DNA of 64,000 nucleotides. Source: Candidatus Omnitrophota bacterium (GTDB lineage: Bacteria > Ratteibacteria > UBA8468 > MWAK01). How positions within the stretch are numbered: position 1 is the first letter of the stretch; each line of letters opens with the position of its first letter. Position numbers and translations under genes: made by a program. The notes below the pieces were generated by a model that was not told the origin of the DNA, did no database searches, and saw only the letters and a program-made list of their open reading frames with translations. The stretch spans positions 32,001 to 96,000 of the forward strand of contig JBDRQI010000031.1 of assembly GCA_043826355.1 (NCBI GenBank), read 5' to 3'. This document shows, piece after piece, positions 10,246-20,028 of this stretch.

Positions 10246-11397
10246 TCACAACCGGCGGAGCACATTGCAGATCTCCGCGCCAAACTCACGCTTCTGCCAC
10301 TTTCGAAATCGTTCGACCCGGTCCAGGGCCTCCGGCGTGACCGGGCATTTTACGGCCAGTTCCTGAATCACGCTGTTGGCACAGACCAGACTACCGTCCA
10401 GTTCGAGGTCTGCGGACTGACTGTCGCGCCATTCCTTCAAACCCTGCACTCTCGCCTGGAACCGGGGGCTGCGGTTTGGTCTCCGTCCGACACCCTTCGG
10501 ATACTCCGGCAACCGCTCATCAGGAATATCCAACGCATTTATTACCGCTGCCAGCACAACAGCGCGGAACGTCCCGCTCCTGCGGCCAAGACCATTAATC
10601 CGCAGCAGTTCCCGGTCCGTTTCCGGCCGTTCCCGGATAATCTGCCTAATAGCATCGGGAGACAACACTTTGAACGGCGGGCGGTCACGCTGTTCGGCCA
10701 ATGATTCCCGCGCCCGCAGAAGGGACTCCAGCATGGCCAGACCTCTTCGGTCCAGGAGAGCGGCGTCCTTGAAACTAAGAAAGAGCGGACCGGGTTCCCT
10801 GATACGGTCAGACGAATGCGCCAAAATATCGCACTCCTCTTCGACCCAGGTTAGACGCCCGAGCTTAACCAAATCCTCTTTCATCAGACCCGCCAGTTGA
10901 ACCAGCCAGTGTACGTCGGTGGCTGCGTAAGAACACATTTCGGCGGTCAATGGTCGCTGCGTCCAGTCACGTTTCTGGAACTTCTTATCGAGAACAACCC
11001 CGAAACGCTCCGATAGGACCTCGGCCAAACTGGACCGGCGCATCCCGAGGAAGCGAGCCGCCACTTCAGTGTCAAAAATCGGCCGGCAATTAATGCCGAA
11101 GTGGCGTCGCAGGAGCCGGATATCGTAATCGGCACCGTGCAAGACCTTCTCGACGGCGGTGTTCTCGAGTATCGGCTTCAGGGGAGAGATGTCCGTCACC
11201 TGACGAAGGTCCACCAGCCATATTTGCGCGCCGTCCGATAATTGTGCCAGACACGCCGTTTCCCCATAATGAAACAGGGTGTCGGCTTCCAGGTCAAGAG
11301 CGACGGTAACCGCTCTCGCCATAATGGCGCACGCTTCACGTAAACCCTGCGGTGTTTCCACCATCAGGTATTTCGGCTGTTGCATGGTTATTGGCAT
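10246..11397 (-). CDS. rnd: Ribonuclease D (3'-5' exonuclease + HRDC)
   Basis: ALDLEAD, HGADYD, FDTEVAA, DWTQRPL, YAATD, RDRPPFKV. Confidence 0.88.
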   Translation of the reverse strand: MPITMQQPKYLMVETPQGLREACAIMARAVTVALDLEADTLFHYGETACLAQLSDGAQIWLVDLRQVTDISPLKPILENTAVEKVLHGADYDIRLLRRHFGINCRPIFDTEVAARFLGMRRSSLAEVLSERFGVVLDKKFQKRDWTQRPLTAEMCSYAATDVHWLVQLAGLMKEDLVKLGRLTWVEEECDILAHSSDRIREPGPLFLSFKDAALLDRRGLAMLESLLRARESLAEQRDRPPFKVLSPDAIRQIIRERPETDRELLRINGLGRRSGTFRAVVLAAVINALDIPDERLPEYPKGVGRRPNRSPRFQARVQGLKEWRDSQSADLELDGSLVCANSVIQELAVKCPVTPEALDRVERFRKWQKREFGAEICNVLRRL

Positions 11398-11453
11398 ATA
11401 CGGAAACCGTCAAGTTTTATATAAGTGATTTACTTGTGGGCATTTTGGGTAGC

Positions 11454-11534
11454 TGCGGCTTATGGGACGACGTTCGAACCTGTCTGATAGATAATCCTAC
11501 CATAATATTACCTGTTTTCACAATACCGGTTTAA
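11454..11534 (+). repeat. att-like junction + recombinase C-terminal tail (CGLWDDVRTCLIDNPTIILPVFTIPV*)
   Basis: Closely similar to copies at 15983 and 46207. Confidence 0.75.
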
Positions 11535-11619
11535 ACTTGCGTTTAAAACAATTAGATGATATAATCGTTTCATATATTGAAGCGATTAGACAAATTATTC
11601 GCTTCAGGAGGTCGAATAA

Positions 11620-12747
11620 ATGAAATATATTTGGGAACAGAAAAATTGGTTTGATTTTAAATACGATCATGCGGTTTTGCTGAAGCCGTTAAGCCAACTG
11701 CGGGTTTTGCAAGGAAAACTATTAGGCCGCGCCGCATTTCTTGACATTAACCTTGAAACCGAGGCTCAGGGCATTATTCTGGTTGAAGAGACCATTCGAA
11801 CCGCGGAAATCGAAGGGCAGAAACTTAACCGGGATGCGGTTCGTTCATCAGTAGCTGCAAGGCTTGGTTTGCCGCGGGGTGTCGGTACGCAAGACAGGAG
11901 TATCAACGGGCTGGTGGATGTTTTGCTGGATGCTGTGCGTTTTCATGACAAGCCTTTGACGCTGGAACGTCTTAACGGCTGGCAAGCGGCGTTGTTTCCT
12001 TCAGGCTATTCGGATTTAAAAAAAATCAAAACCGGAAGACTGCGGGGGAACGAACCTATGCAGGTCGTATCCGGACCCATTACCAAAGAAAAGGTGCATT
12101 TTGAAGCATTGCCGAAAGAACGCCTTGCTGAAGAAGTGCAGATTTTACTGAAATGGTGGCACTCCTCGCTTGGCCAGGTGGACGGCATATTACGCGCGGC
12201 AACAGTTCATCTGCGTTTTGTAACCATCCATCCTTACGAAGATGGCGGTCGCTTGGCCAGGGTGCTGACGGATATGGCGCTGGCCCAGGACGAGAAATTG
12301 AAAGTCAGGTTTTACAGCGTTTCTTCCGAAATCATGCGCACCAGAAATGAGTACTACAAAATTCTGGAAGATGTGCAAAACTGTCGGGCTGATGTGACGC
12401 AATGGTGTTTATGGTTTATCAAATGCGTCACTGCAGCCGTTGAGCGTTCTCAAGAGATAATTGCCAACGTATTCATGCGAGTTGATTTCTGGAATCGGCA
12501 TGCCCAGACTCAGCTTAACGAGCGTCAAAAGAAAGTTTTAAATCGTATTCTGGAAGCCGGACCAGGAAATTTTGCCGGTGGTCTGACAACGCGTAAATAT
12601 GCGAGCATGGCCAAGGTCAGCCGTGCCACGGCATTTCGTGAAATTGCGGATATGCTTAACCAGAAAATCATACGCCAATTACCCGGTAAAGGCCGCAGCG
12701 TTCATTACGATTTAATTTGGCCGGAAGCGGACACAAATCATGCCTGA
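11620..12747 (+). CDS. Fic family protein (DUF4172 N-terminus, C-terminal HTH)
   Basis: MKYIWEQKNW start; HPYEDGGRLAR (Asn of the canonical motif missing). Confidence 0.85.
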   Translation: MKYIWEQKNWFDFKYDHAVLLKPLSQLRVLQGKLLGRAAFLDINLETEAQGIILVEETIRTAEIEGQKLNRDAVRSSVAARLGLPRGVGTQDRSINGLVDVLLDAVRFHDKPLTLERLNGWQAALFPSGYSDLKKIKTGRLRGNEPMQVVSGPITKEKVHFEALPKERLAEEVQILLKWWHSSLGQVDGILRAATVHLRFVTIHPYEDGGRLARVLTDMALAQDEKLKVRFYSVSSEIMRTRNEYYKILEDVQNCRADVTQWCLWFIKCVTAAVERSQEIIANVFMRVDFWNRHAQTQLNERQKKVLNRILEAGPGNFAGGLTTRKYASMAKVSRATAFREIADMLNQKIIRQLPGKGRSVHYDLIWPEADTNHA

Positions 12748-12888
12748 AAATATTTGTAACAAACATTGCGCCTCTACTGCACAATATTCGCGGTAAAATA
12801 ATACACCTACCTATCCATTACCAAACCGCAATTAAATTTGGTCCCGTTTTAACCACTTAATTCCTTTTAGCTATAAATTCCACTAAAT

Positions 12889-13278
12889 ATGTGGGAATCT
12901 TATAAAGGCATTGTTTGGTCCTATCCAAAAATTTCTTTATTTGAAGAAAGGCGCCTGATTTCAAAAGCACAAAAAGGCTCAAAGAAAAATAAGGATGAGA
13001 TTATTCTGCGCCATATCGGTTTCTTAATCTTTAGAATCCACCGGAGAGTATTCCCTGACTTAATTCAGCACTTTGGAGAGGACTTGCTTGAAGAAGCCAT
13101 CCTGATTGTTTACAAGAAGGTTGATAGTTACGACCTTCGCTACTGTGATAAACAGGGAAATCCCTGTCCTGTTAAATTTGTTTCTTACATCTGGAAGCGA
13201 ATCGACGGGTTTATAACCGATTATTTGAAAAAGGAAACGAACAAACCCACTGTACCGTATGATGAAACAATGATTTAA
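12889..13278 (+). CDS. Small sigma70 region 1.2/2-like protein
   Basis: EERRLISKAQKG...EDLLEEAIL...YD...KFVSYIWKRI; no region 4. Confidence 0.55.
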   Translation: MWESYKGIVWSYPKISLFEERRLISKAQKGSKKNKDEIILRHIGFLIFRIHRRVFPDLIQHFGEDLLEEAILIVYKKVDSYDLRYCDKQGNPCPVKFVSYIWKRIDGFITDYLKKETNKPTVPYDETMI

Positions 13279-13351
13279 TAACTCTAAAGAAGTTAGGATC
13301 TCCTTCGGAGTATACCTGGAAACCATTGAGGAACAATGGTTTCCGAAGTCG

Positions 13352-13581
13352 GGGTGGCTTAGGGGAGGATATTAGAACCTGTTTAGTGGATAATTTAGCC
13401 TCAAAAATACCCGTTTTTCAATGCCAGCTTGATATTTAGGTGTGTTCTCTTGCTATACCCTACCCCTCGTTACACTATTGTTTTACTTCAACATCGGTTA
13501 AAGCCATCTACCGCCACCACCCCGTGTTCTATTTGTTGGCAAAGCAAAACGCTTGACCGGACTATGGCGGGGTGATAATAT
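13352..13581 (+). repeat. Island module: att core + tail + Box B + promoter
   Basis: GGGTGGCT 13352; tail GGLGEDIRTCLVDN; 22-mer at 13473; TTGACC-17-TAATAT 13553-13581. Confidence 0.8.
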
Positions 13582-13608
13582 TTATTCAGTTTCAATCACG
13601 GTGCCGTT

Positions 13609-15000
13609 ATGAACAAGATTAAAATGTCTTCTTTGCGATATTCATTAACAGGAGCAGTTTTCAATTTACGGGAAAGACTGACCAGATACCGGCATGAAAA
13701 AAAAAATTTTAAGAAAGAAAGAGGTTTTAATCTGAATCTGAAAAACCCCCGGAGCTGGAGCGAAAAGGTAGTCTGGAAAAAGCTCTACGATCGAAACCCC
13801 CTCCTGCCGGTCGTGGCCGATAAATACCGGGTTCGCCAGTACCTGAAAGACGTCCTCGGTGAAAAAGAGGCGGAAGAGATTCTAATTCCCCTGCTCTACG
13901 TAACCGACAGACCGGAGACCATCCCTTTTGACCACTTTCCGGAAGAATATATCATCAAGGCAAATCACGGCTCGGGAATGAATATAGTCGTGGATAAAAA
14001 TAATCCCGTAAATCGCAAGGAAATTGTGGCCCGATGTGGGAAATGGCTAAGCAAACCGTTCGCCCTTAAAAAGCACGAATGGGCCTACCAGAAGATAAAG
14101 AGAAAGATAGTGGTTGAAAAACTGCTGCGCGATGAGAACGGGAAGATTCCGGCCGACTATAAGTTTAAAATATTCCATGGGAGGTGTCATCTAATCCAGG
14201 TTCTCTACGATAGGTTTGCAGATAGAAGCATCGGTTGGTATTCTCCAGAATGGAATTATTTGAATATTTATTCAAATTGGGAATTGGCAAATTATATGGA
14301 AAAACCGGCGCAGCTTGATTTCATGATAGCCCTGGCGGAGTTCCTGGGAATGCCTTTTGACTTCATTCGCGTTGACCTATACCTGGTTAACGGTCGGATA
14401 TATTTTGGCGAACTGACAAATTATCCTGAAAGCGGAAGAGCGTCATTTACTCCGGTATCGTATGATTTTGAGCTGGGTTCAAAATGGAAAATAGTTCCAG
14501 AGTACTGGAATCAGGGAAATTATAAAATCAAAGATTTCGTGATACGGACCGGGAAATATATTTTTGCTTCTCAAGTTGACATCGGAACGGGGCCGGCTCT
14601 TGAAGGCAAGGGAGTTTTTGCGAAACGAGATTTTTCACAAGGTGACCATATCGGTTTTCTTGAAGGAAAAATACGCAGAAATGCCGTAAAGGAGAGTATG
14701 CAATTCAGCACTCATCTCCATATTGAACCGGACTTAAACAATCCGGTTAGATATTTAAATCATTCCTGCGATGCAAACGCATATTTTTGCGGCAGAAGTT
14801 TCCACGCCTGGCGGCCGATAAAAAAGGGTGAAGAAATAACCATAGATTACAACTGCACCGAATACGCAGTATCCGCTCCTTTTAAATGCAACTGCAATAC
14901 TGCCGGCTGTGTAGGAGAAATAAAAGGATTCAGCTTTCTTACAGACGACCAAAAGAAAAAGCGAAAAGGGAAACTTGCGGAATGGTGTGTCTACGGCTGA
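13609..15000 (+). CDS. TupA-like ATP-grasp protein fused to a C-terminal SET/post-SET domain
   Basis: ADKYRVRQY, IIKANHGSG, FIRVDLY..FGELTNYP; then GKGVFAKR, YLNHSCDAN, IKKGEEITIDY, CNC...C. Confidence 0.8.
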   Translation: MNKIKMSSLRYSLTGAVFNLRERLTRYRHEKKNFKKERGFNLNLKNPRSWSEKVVWKKLYDRNPLLPVVADKYRVRQYLKDVLGEKEAEEILIPLLYVTDRPETIPFDHFPEEYIIKANHGSGMNIVVDKNNPVNRKEIVARCGKWLSKPFALKKHEWAYQKIKRKIVVEKLLRDENGKIPADYKFKIFHGRCHLIQVLYDRFADRSIGWYSPEWNYLNIYSNWELANYMEKPAQLDFMIALAEFLGMPFDFIRVDLYLVNGRIYFGELTNYPESGRASFTPVSYDFELGSKWKIVPEYWNQGNYKIKDFVIRTGKYIFASQVDIGTGPALEGKGVFAKRDFSQGDHIGFLEGKIRRNAVKESMQFSTHLHIEPDLNNPVRYLNHSCDANAYFCGRSFHAWRPIKKGEEITIDYNCTEYAVSAPFKCNCNTAGCVGEIKGFSFLTDDQKKKRKGKLAEWCVYG

Positions 15001-15135
15001 TGCCGTACCTTAGAAACCTGTGCCACTTGATGATAGGGTTATCCTGGTTTTGATCGGCGCGAAGAAATTTTCTTAATAGAAAAACAGAATGGGTCGGCCA
15101 TTCGCTACATTGCTATCTATTCGTCGCAATGTCTG

Positions 15136-15255
15136 ACTTCGCTCCCATCGAATCCCATTTTCAGGCGGGCTTCACAGGGTGGCTAACGGGACGACGTTTG
15201 AACCTGTTTACTAAATAATCCTACCTTAATGTTGTGTCCTTCAACACCAACTTAG
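15136..15255 (+). repeat. attP-like junction: copy of tRNA-His 3' flank + core + decayed tail
   Basis: 15136-15191 closely matches 47333-47389 (ACTTCGCTCCCATCGAATCCC...CAGGGTGGCTAACGGGA). Confidence 0.85.
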
Positions 15256-15308
15256 TTTTATAATGCATTTCCCTTGCCTCACCATTCAATTGTGATTAGT
15301 TTGATTGC

Positions 15309-15815
15309 CTAAAGTAACTTTTGCATCCATACGACATCAAAGTCTTTACCGAGTTTACAACCAACCCTGCAAAATCGTCCGCATCGTTTAAATCCCATTT
15401 TCTTATGAAAATTAATACTATGTTCGTTTAGAGATGAAATACCGGCCAAAAGCGAATCGATTTTTTGATTTCTTGCTTTCCGAATAAAACTCTCGATGAT
15501 TTTTTTACCAATTCCTTTACCGGTATGTTCCGGTAAAATGAAATAAGTTAGTTCGGCCGTTCTTGCTAATGTTTTCATCGGACTATGGGCGCGCATAAGG
15601 GCAAATCCGACAACTTTATCGCGGTTATTTTTATCGATCACAACTACGGCGGGATAACCTTTTGCCATCTGTAAAAATAGATTAAAAAAATCATAGGAGA
15701 CTTTCTTTTCGGGATACGCAGCGAAACTGTTTTTAATAAAGTAATTGAAAATATCGATGACGGGTTTTCTGTAGTGTTTTGAGAGTTTTCTGAACTCGTA
15801 ATTTTTTTTATTCAT
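15309..15815 (-). CDS. GNAT N-acetyltransferase (phosphinothricin acetyltransferase-like)
   Basis: GKGIGKK, SINFHKKMGF, VGCKLGKDFDVVWMQK. Confidence 0.85.
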   Translation of the reverse strand: MNKKNYEFRKLSKHYRKPVIDIFNYFIKNSFAAYPEKKVSYDFFNLFLQMAKGYPAVVVIDKNNRDKVVGFALMRAHSPMKTLARTAELTYFILPEHTGKGIGKKIIESFIRKARNQKIDSLLAGISSLNEHSINFHKKMGFKRCGRFCRVGCKLGKDFDVVWMQKLL

Positions 15816-15982
15816 TTCGGCGTTTTTCAGCCTTGCGAATTTATCACATTTAAATTTTACCTTAAATTAAAAAATTTCTAAAGCATGTTTATTATAACAG
15901 ATCTTTTTTTGAAAACTGCCTGGCTTGAAAAGTGCCTGATGAAAAGATTATAACGTTTATTAGGTTTCATTAAAAAATAACA

Positions 15983-16064
15983 GGGTGGCTTAGGGGACGA
16001 CGTTCGAACCACTCTAATGGATAATTCTACCATAATATTGCCTGTTTTTTCAATACCGGCCTGA
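15983..16064 (+). repeat. att core + recombinase tail (GGLGDDVRTTLMDNSTIILPVFSIPA*)
   Basis: CAGGGTGGCT matches the tRNA-His 3' end (reverse complement). Confidence 0.8.
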
Positions 16065-16264
16065 TTCTACGTCGTTTTCCTGCTGTTTTTCCCCTTCTTA
16101 AAATATACCCTAGAGTGCACATTTTTGTCCAATCTACTATGTCCCACTTTGTCCCACTTTCCACACCTTAATTAATTTCCCTGATTTTACCACGATTACT
16201 ATAAACGGGTGTTTGGTGCAAGAATTTGACAGCAAGGAAAAAATGGATTAAAATATTTAGCAAT

Positions 16265-16864
16265 ATGGCTAAAATATTAAATTGGATGGCGGTTGAAAAG
16301 AAGATTAGAGATTCGGAAATCGCTCTTTTCACCCCGGTTGACCTGAAACGCATCCTGGATGTTTCCAAAATCTCGGTTCAATTTTTTCTGACCCGTTACA
16401 CAAAAAAGGGGGCTATTACAAAACTGCGGCGCGGTTTATACGCGTTAAGCGACCGCATTCCTTCTGAGTTTGAAATTGCCAATGCCCTTCTCCGCCCCTC
16501 TTACATTTCCCTCACTTTTGCGCTTGCCCATTATCATATTATTCCTGAAATGACCTACGTTGTCACATCCGTCACCACCCGCCCGACCTATCGCTTTGAA
16601 ATCCTGGACCGGGAATTTCGGTATCACCGGATAAAGAAATCTGCTTTTACCGGATACGCACCGGAAAAGATTGGCGAAAAAATAGTACTCATTGCCGAAA
16701 AGGAAAAAGCGCTGGTGGACTATCTTTATTTTGTAGGCAGGAAAATTTACCCCGTCAATACCCGGCTGGACATTTCTTCGCTTAATAAAGAAAAGATGCA
16801 TCGCTACGCGGAATTGTTTCGTTCCGCAAATCTCGAACGCATGATAAAGGAGCTCTATGCTTGA
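16265..16864 (+). CDS. Type IV toxin-antitoxin AbiEi-like antitoxin
   Basis: KLRRGLY, PSYISL..AL..YHIIPE, AEKEKALVD; overlaps the downstream toxin gene. Confidence 0.8.
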   Translation: MAKILNWMAVEKKIRDSEIALFTPVDLKRILDVSKISVQFFLTRYTKKGAITKLRRGLYALSDRIPSEFEIANALLRPSYISLTFALAHYHIIPEMTYVVTSVTTRPTYRFEILDREFRYHRIKKSAFTGYAPEKIGEKIVLIAEKEKALVDYLYFVGRKIYPVNTRLDISSLNKEKMHRYAELFRSANLERMIKELYA

Positions 16865-17579
16865 CAGGGAAGTAATAAAAAAACTGGCGTTACAGTATCA
16901 AACTACCGAAACAAACGTAGCTAGAGAATATGTCCAACACCTTTTTCTTTCCATCTTCTATCAAGAGCCGGATTCCGAGAAGGTTCTTTTTAAGGGTGGA
17001 ACCGCCTTACGGATTGTTTTTCAAAGCCCCCGCTTTTCCGAAGACCTTGATTTTTCAGGTTTCGAAACCAATGTTCCAATGCTTGAAACATTGGTGGTCA
17101 ATGCTATTAACAAAATCCATAATATCGGGGTGGAGGTAGAAATTTCCGAAAGCAAGAAAACTTCCGGCGGCTATATCGGCGTTCTTGATTTAACGGTTTC
17201 CGGCTATCGGACGCGTATAATCCTGGAGGTTTCCTTGAGAAAAAGAAACGGCGTCAAAGGCGAAACAGTCCTGATTGCCGGTGATTTCGTTCCTTCTTAC
17301 ACCATAGCGATATTTCCGCAGAAGATGTTGGTTGACGAAAAATTGGCCGCGGTCTTGAGCCGCGCAAAACCGCGTGATTATTTCGACATCTACTTTTTAC
17401 TCCGTAAAGGACTGGTGGCGGTTGAACAAAAGAAAGCCCTCAAGGAAATTAAGCGCCGACTTGAACATAAAACACTGTCATTGGAAAAAGAGCTGCGCGA
17501 TTTTCTTCCAAAGAGCCAACACAAACTTATTCGCGATCTCCCAAAAATACTGCTCCGGGAAATTTCCCGTTATACCTGA
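16857..17579 (+). CDS. AbiEii/AbiGii nucleotidyltransferase toxin
   Basis: FKGGTALR, RFSEDLDF, EKLAA...RDYFDI. Confidence 0.88.
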   Translation: MLDREVIKKLALQYQTTETNVAREYVQHLFLSIFYQEPDSEKVLFKGGTALRIVFQSPRFSEDLDFSGFETNVPMLETLVVNAINKIHNIGVEVEISESKKTSGGYIGVLDLTVSGYRTRIILEVSLRKRNGVKGETVLIAGDFVPSYTIAIFPQKMLVDEKLAAVLSRAKPRDYFDIYFLLRKGLVAVEQKKALKEIKRRLEHKTLSLEKELRDFLPKSQHKLIRDLPKILLREISRYT

Positions 17580-17791
17580 TGACACACAGATTTTGAGAGA
17601 CACAGACAAATAGATGATTGGCGGCAACGAATTCATGCTATATTCGGAGACAATAACGAGCAAAACCTGGCTAAAATGGAAAGTTCCTTTAATTTTTTCT
17701 TAATCGCCTAGGATATTCTTTCATTTTTTCTTGTGTTAACACCCCCTGCCTATCGCTCTTATATTAATTTACATACCCGATTTGTTACTGG

Positions 17792-17864
17792 CACAAGCCT
17801 AGATTCATCTTATCACAGATTTACCCTACCCTGCTACTCACTATTGTTTTACTTCAACATTGGG
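17792..17864 (+). repeat. Partial island module (tail end + Box B)
   Basis: CACAAGCCTAG, ATTCATCTTATCAC, 22-mer at 17839-17860. Confidence 0.8.
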
Positions 17865-18004
17865 AATACCGGCCGCTTCGATATGCTCCATGATTCCCCC
17901 AATAACCATGTCCTGTATATCGCAGATAGTGTCACGTCTATTCCCAGCGCATCCTCTAAAAATTTATCAATGAGAACCGGGTGCTGCGACGAAACATTCA
18001 CTGC
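17864..18004 (-). pseudogene. carB: Internal fragment of carbamoyl-phosphate synthase large subunit
   Basis: AVNVSSQHPVLIDKFLEDAL.ID / DTICD..DMVIGGIMEHIEAAGI, with one frameshift. Confidence 0.75.
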
Positions 18005-19152
18005 TAGACCAGCAGGGTAAAGAAAAAGGTTGAACCTTTGTTAATCTCGCTTTCGGCCCAGATTCTGCCTCCGGCGGCTTCAACGATATGGCGCACAATG
18101 GAAAGACCCAAACCGGTCCCTCCCAGCTGTCTGCTGCGGCCTTTGTCCACCCGGTAAAACCGTTCAAAAATACGCGGTAAATCCTCTGTCGGAATTCCAA
18201 TTCCAGAGTCTGAAACCCTAACTAAAACTTCGTTTTCGGAAAGAGTGCCGTTGATTTCAACTCGTCCACCGGCAGGTGTGTATTTAAAAGCATTGTCGAG
18301 CAGATTTCCAAAAACCTGCTCCAGCCGGCGCTTATCCGCCCTTACCTTAGGTAGCTCATCCGGAAGGGTAACAGACAATTGAATTCCTTTCTTTTTTGCT
18401 TCCTGAAATAAATCAAGAAAGAAATGGCTCGCAAAATTAGCCAGGTTTATTTCTTCAAACTTATAGGGAAGAATTCTGTCTTCAACTTCTGCCAAAGCTA
18501 GTAAGTCTTTGGCTAAAGCGGATAATCGCTGTACCTGCCGGCTGGCGATTTCATAAAAAGATTCCCCCTCCTTTGCCAAAAACTGATGCATGGTCTCGAG
18601 AGCTGTGCCCAATGTGGCCAAGGGGCTGCGCAGCTCATGGGAGGCGTTAGCGGTGAATTCCCGGCGTTGCAAAGCCAATTGCTGCTCACGGGTTAAATCA
18701 TGTCCGATCAAAAATATCCCGTTTTCATCCGGATAAAGAGCGATTGAAAATAACTTGCGTTCCAGGAAAAACTCAACCGGTTCTTTACGGAACTGTTTAT
18801 CCTGCAGCGTCTGGGCAATCAGCCGGTTCAGGCCTTCGTTTTGGGTCATCTCCCAGTAATTCCGGTCGATTGGTTCCGGGATTCGAAAAAACTTGGCAGT
18901 TTCCTGGTTGGCGAACCGAACGATTCCCGTAGAAGAAAGACCGACTACAAACCCGGGTCCTTTATCAAAAAGATTTTTCAGGTAATGGTTCTCTTCGGTA
19001 ATATCCTCCTTGTTTTTCAGTAATTCGGATATTTGGTCGTTCAGCGCTTCTTTTTCCCGCAACGCTTCCGCGGCCCGTTTTTTTTGCTTTAAATAACGGA
19101 ACCAGAGAGCGACAAGAAGGAGAAAAAAGAGAACAGCTAAGAATGATGGCAT
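18004..19152 (-). CDS. phoR: PhoR-like sensor histidine kinase
   Basis: FTANASHELRSPL, NLLDNAFKY, DSGIGI, RFYRVDKGRSR.GGTGLGL. Confidence 0.85.
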   Translation of the reverse strand: MPSFLAVLFFLLLVALWFRYLKQKKRAAEALREKEALNDQISELLKNKEDITEENHYLKNLFDKGPGFVVGLSSTGIVRFANQETAKFFRIPEPIDRNYWEMTQNEGLNRLIAQTLQDKQFRKEPVEFFLERKLFSIALYPDENGIFLIGHDLTREQQLALQRREFTANASHELRSPLATLGTALETMHQFLAKEGESFYEIASRQVQRLSALAKDLLALAEVEDRILPYKFEEINLANFASHFFLDLFQEAKKKGIQLSVTLPDELPKVRADKRRLEQVFGNLLDNAFKYTPAGGRVEINGTLSENEVLVRVSDSGIGIPTEDLPRIFERFYRVDKGRSRQLGGTGLGLSIVRHIVEAAGGRIWAESEINKGSTFFFTLLV

Positions 19153-19159
19153 AAAATTT

Positions 19160-19843
19160 TTAATCGGGTTTTAGGCGGTAGCCAACGCCGCGTATGGTCT
19201 CAATCATATTACCTGCTTCATCCAACTTTTCCCGAAGTTCCTTGACGTGTACGTCCACGGTCCGGTCAATCGTGACCCGGTCCGGGGAGACTTCCCTTAA
19301 AATCTGGCGCCGGGAAAGGACCCGGCCTTTATTCTCCGCCAAAAACCAGAGCAGTCGGAATTCAAAACCGGTAAGCGACAGGATTTTGTTTTTTAATTTA
19401 ACTTCGTATTTTCCCTTGTCCAGCGAAAGCGGTCCCACAATCAAAACCTCTTGGCCTCCGCCAGCCTTGAAAGTGTTACGGCGCATAATTACTTTTATCC
19501 GCGCCAGTAATTCCCGCATGCTAAAGGGCTTAGTCAAATAATCGTCCGCGCCAAGCTCCAGCCCCACGACTTTATCCGATTCTTCACCCTTGGCGGTCAG
19601 CATCAGAATCGGAATGCCGGCGGTCGCCGAGACTCTTTTCAGGTGGCGGCAAACATCCAACCCGTTCATTTCCGGCAACATTAAATCCAAAATAATAGCA
19701 TCCGGCATCTTTCGGGCGCGCTCCAGTCCGGAAAACCCGTCATAGGCCACCGCAACCTCGTAGCCTTCTTTCTGCAGGTTGAACTTTAGAAGTTCTACCA
19801 GATCCTGCTCGTCATCAATCACCAGTATTTTTAGTTTTGCCAC
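19160..19843 (-). CDS. phoB: PhoB/PhoP-like OmpR-family response regulator
   Basis: LDLMLP, GADDYLTKPFS, RTVDVHV, TIRGVGY; divergent from the pst operon. Confidence 0.82.
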   Translation of the reverse strand: MAKLKILVIDDEQDLVELLKFNLQKEGYEVAVAYDGFSGLERARKMPDAIILDLMLPEMNGLDVCRHLKRVSATAGIPILMLTAKGEESDKVVGLELGADDYLTKPFSMRELLARIKVIMRRNTFKAGGGQEVLIVGPLSLDKGKYEVKLKNKILSLTGFEFRLLWFLAENKGRVLSRRQILREVSPDRVTIDRTVDVHVKELREKLDEAGNMIETIRGVGYRLKPD

Positions 19844-19921
19844 TTCTCATATTTTACACCGCTCCCTCTACAAATACAAGATTAACGCTGTCACCGGTGG
19901 TTGTTGTCGCCGCAGGATTTT

Positions 19922-19976
19922 CTTAATCAATTCTTAACATTAGCTTTATACTCACTTAATATCCGGGGCTTAAACT
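19922..19976 (+). promoter_or_regulatory. Putative Pho box (four 11-bp-spaced repeats) and -10
   Basis: CTTAATC 19922, CTTAACA 19933, CTTTATA 19944, CTTAATA 19955; TAAACT 19971. Confidence 0.7.
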
Positions 19977-20028
19977 ATCTGGCGTACGAGGAGAAACACA
20001 TTCACTTCTCCGCAAGCAAGGAGGCAGG

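Noticed and set aside
15177..16010. Additional tRNA genes at the GGGTGGCT...TTCGAACC copies
   Set aside because: Only the acceptor/T-arm end is present; there are no D or anticodon arms.
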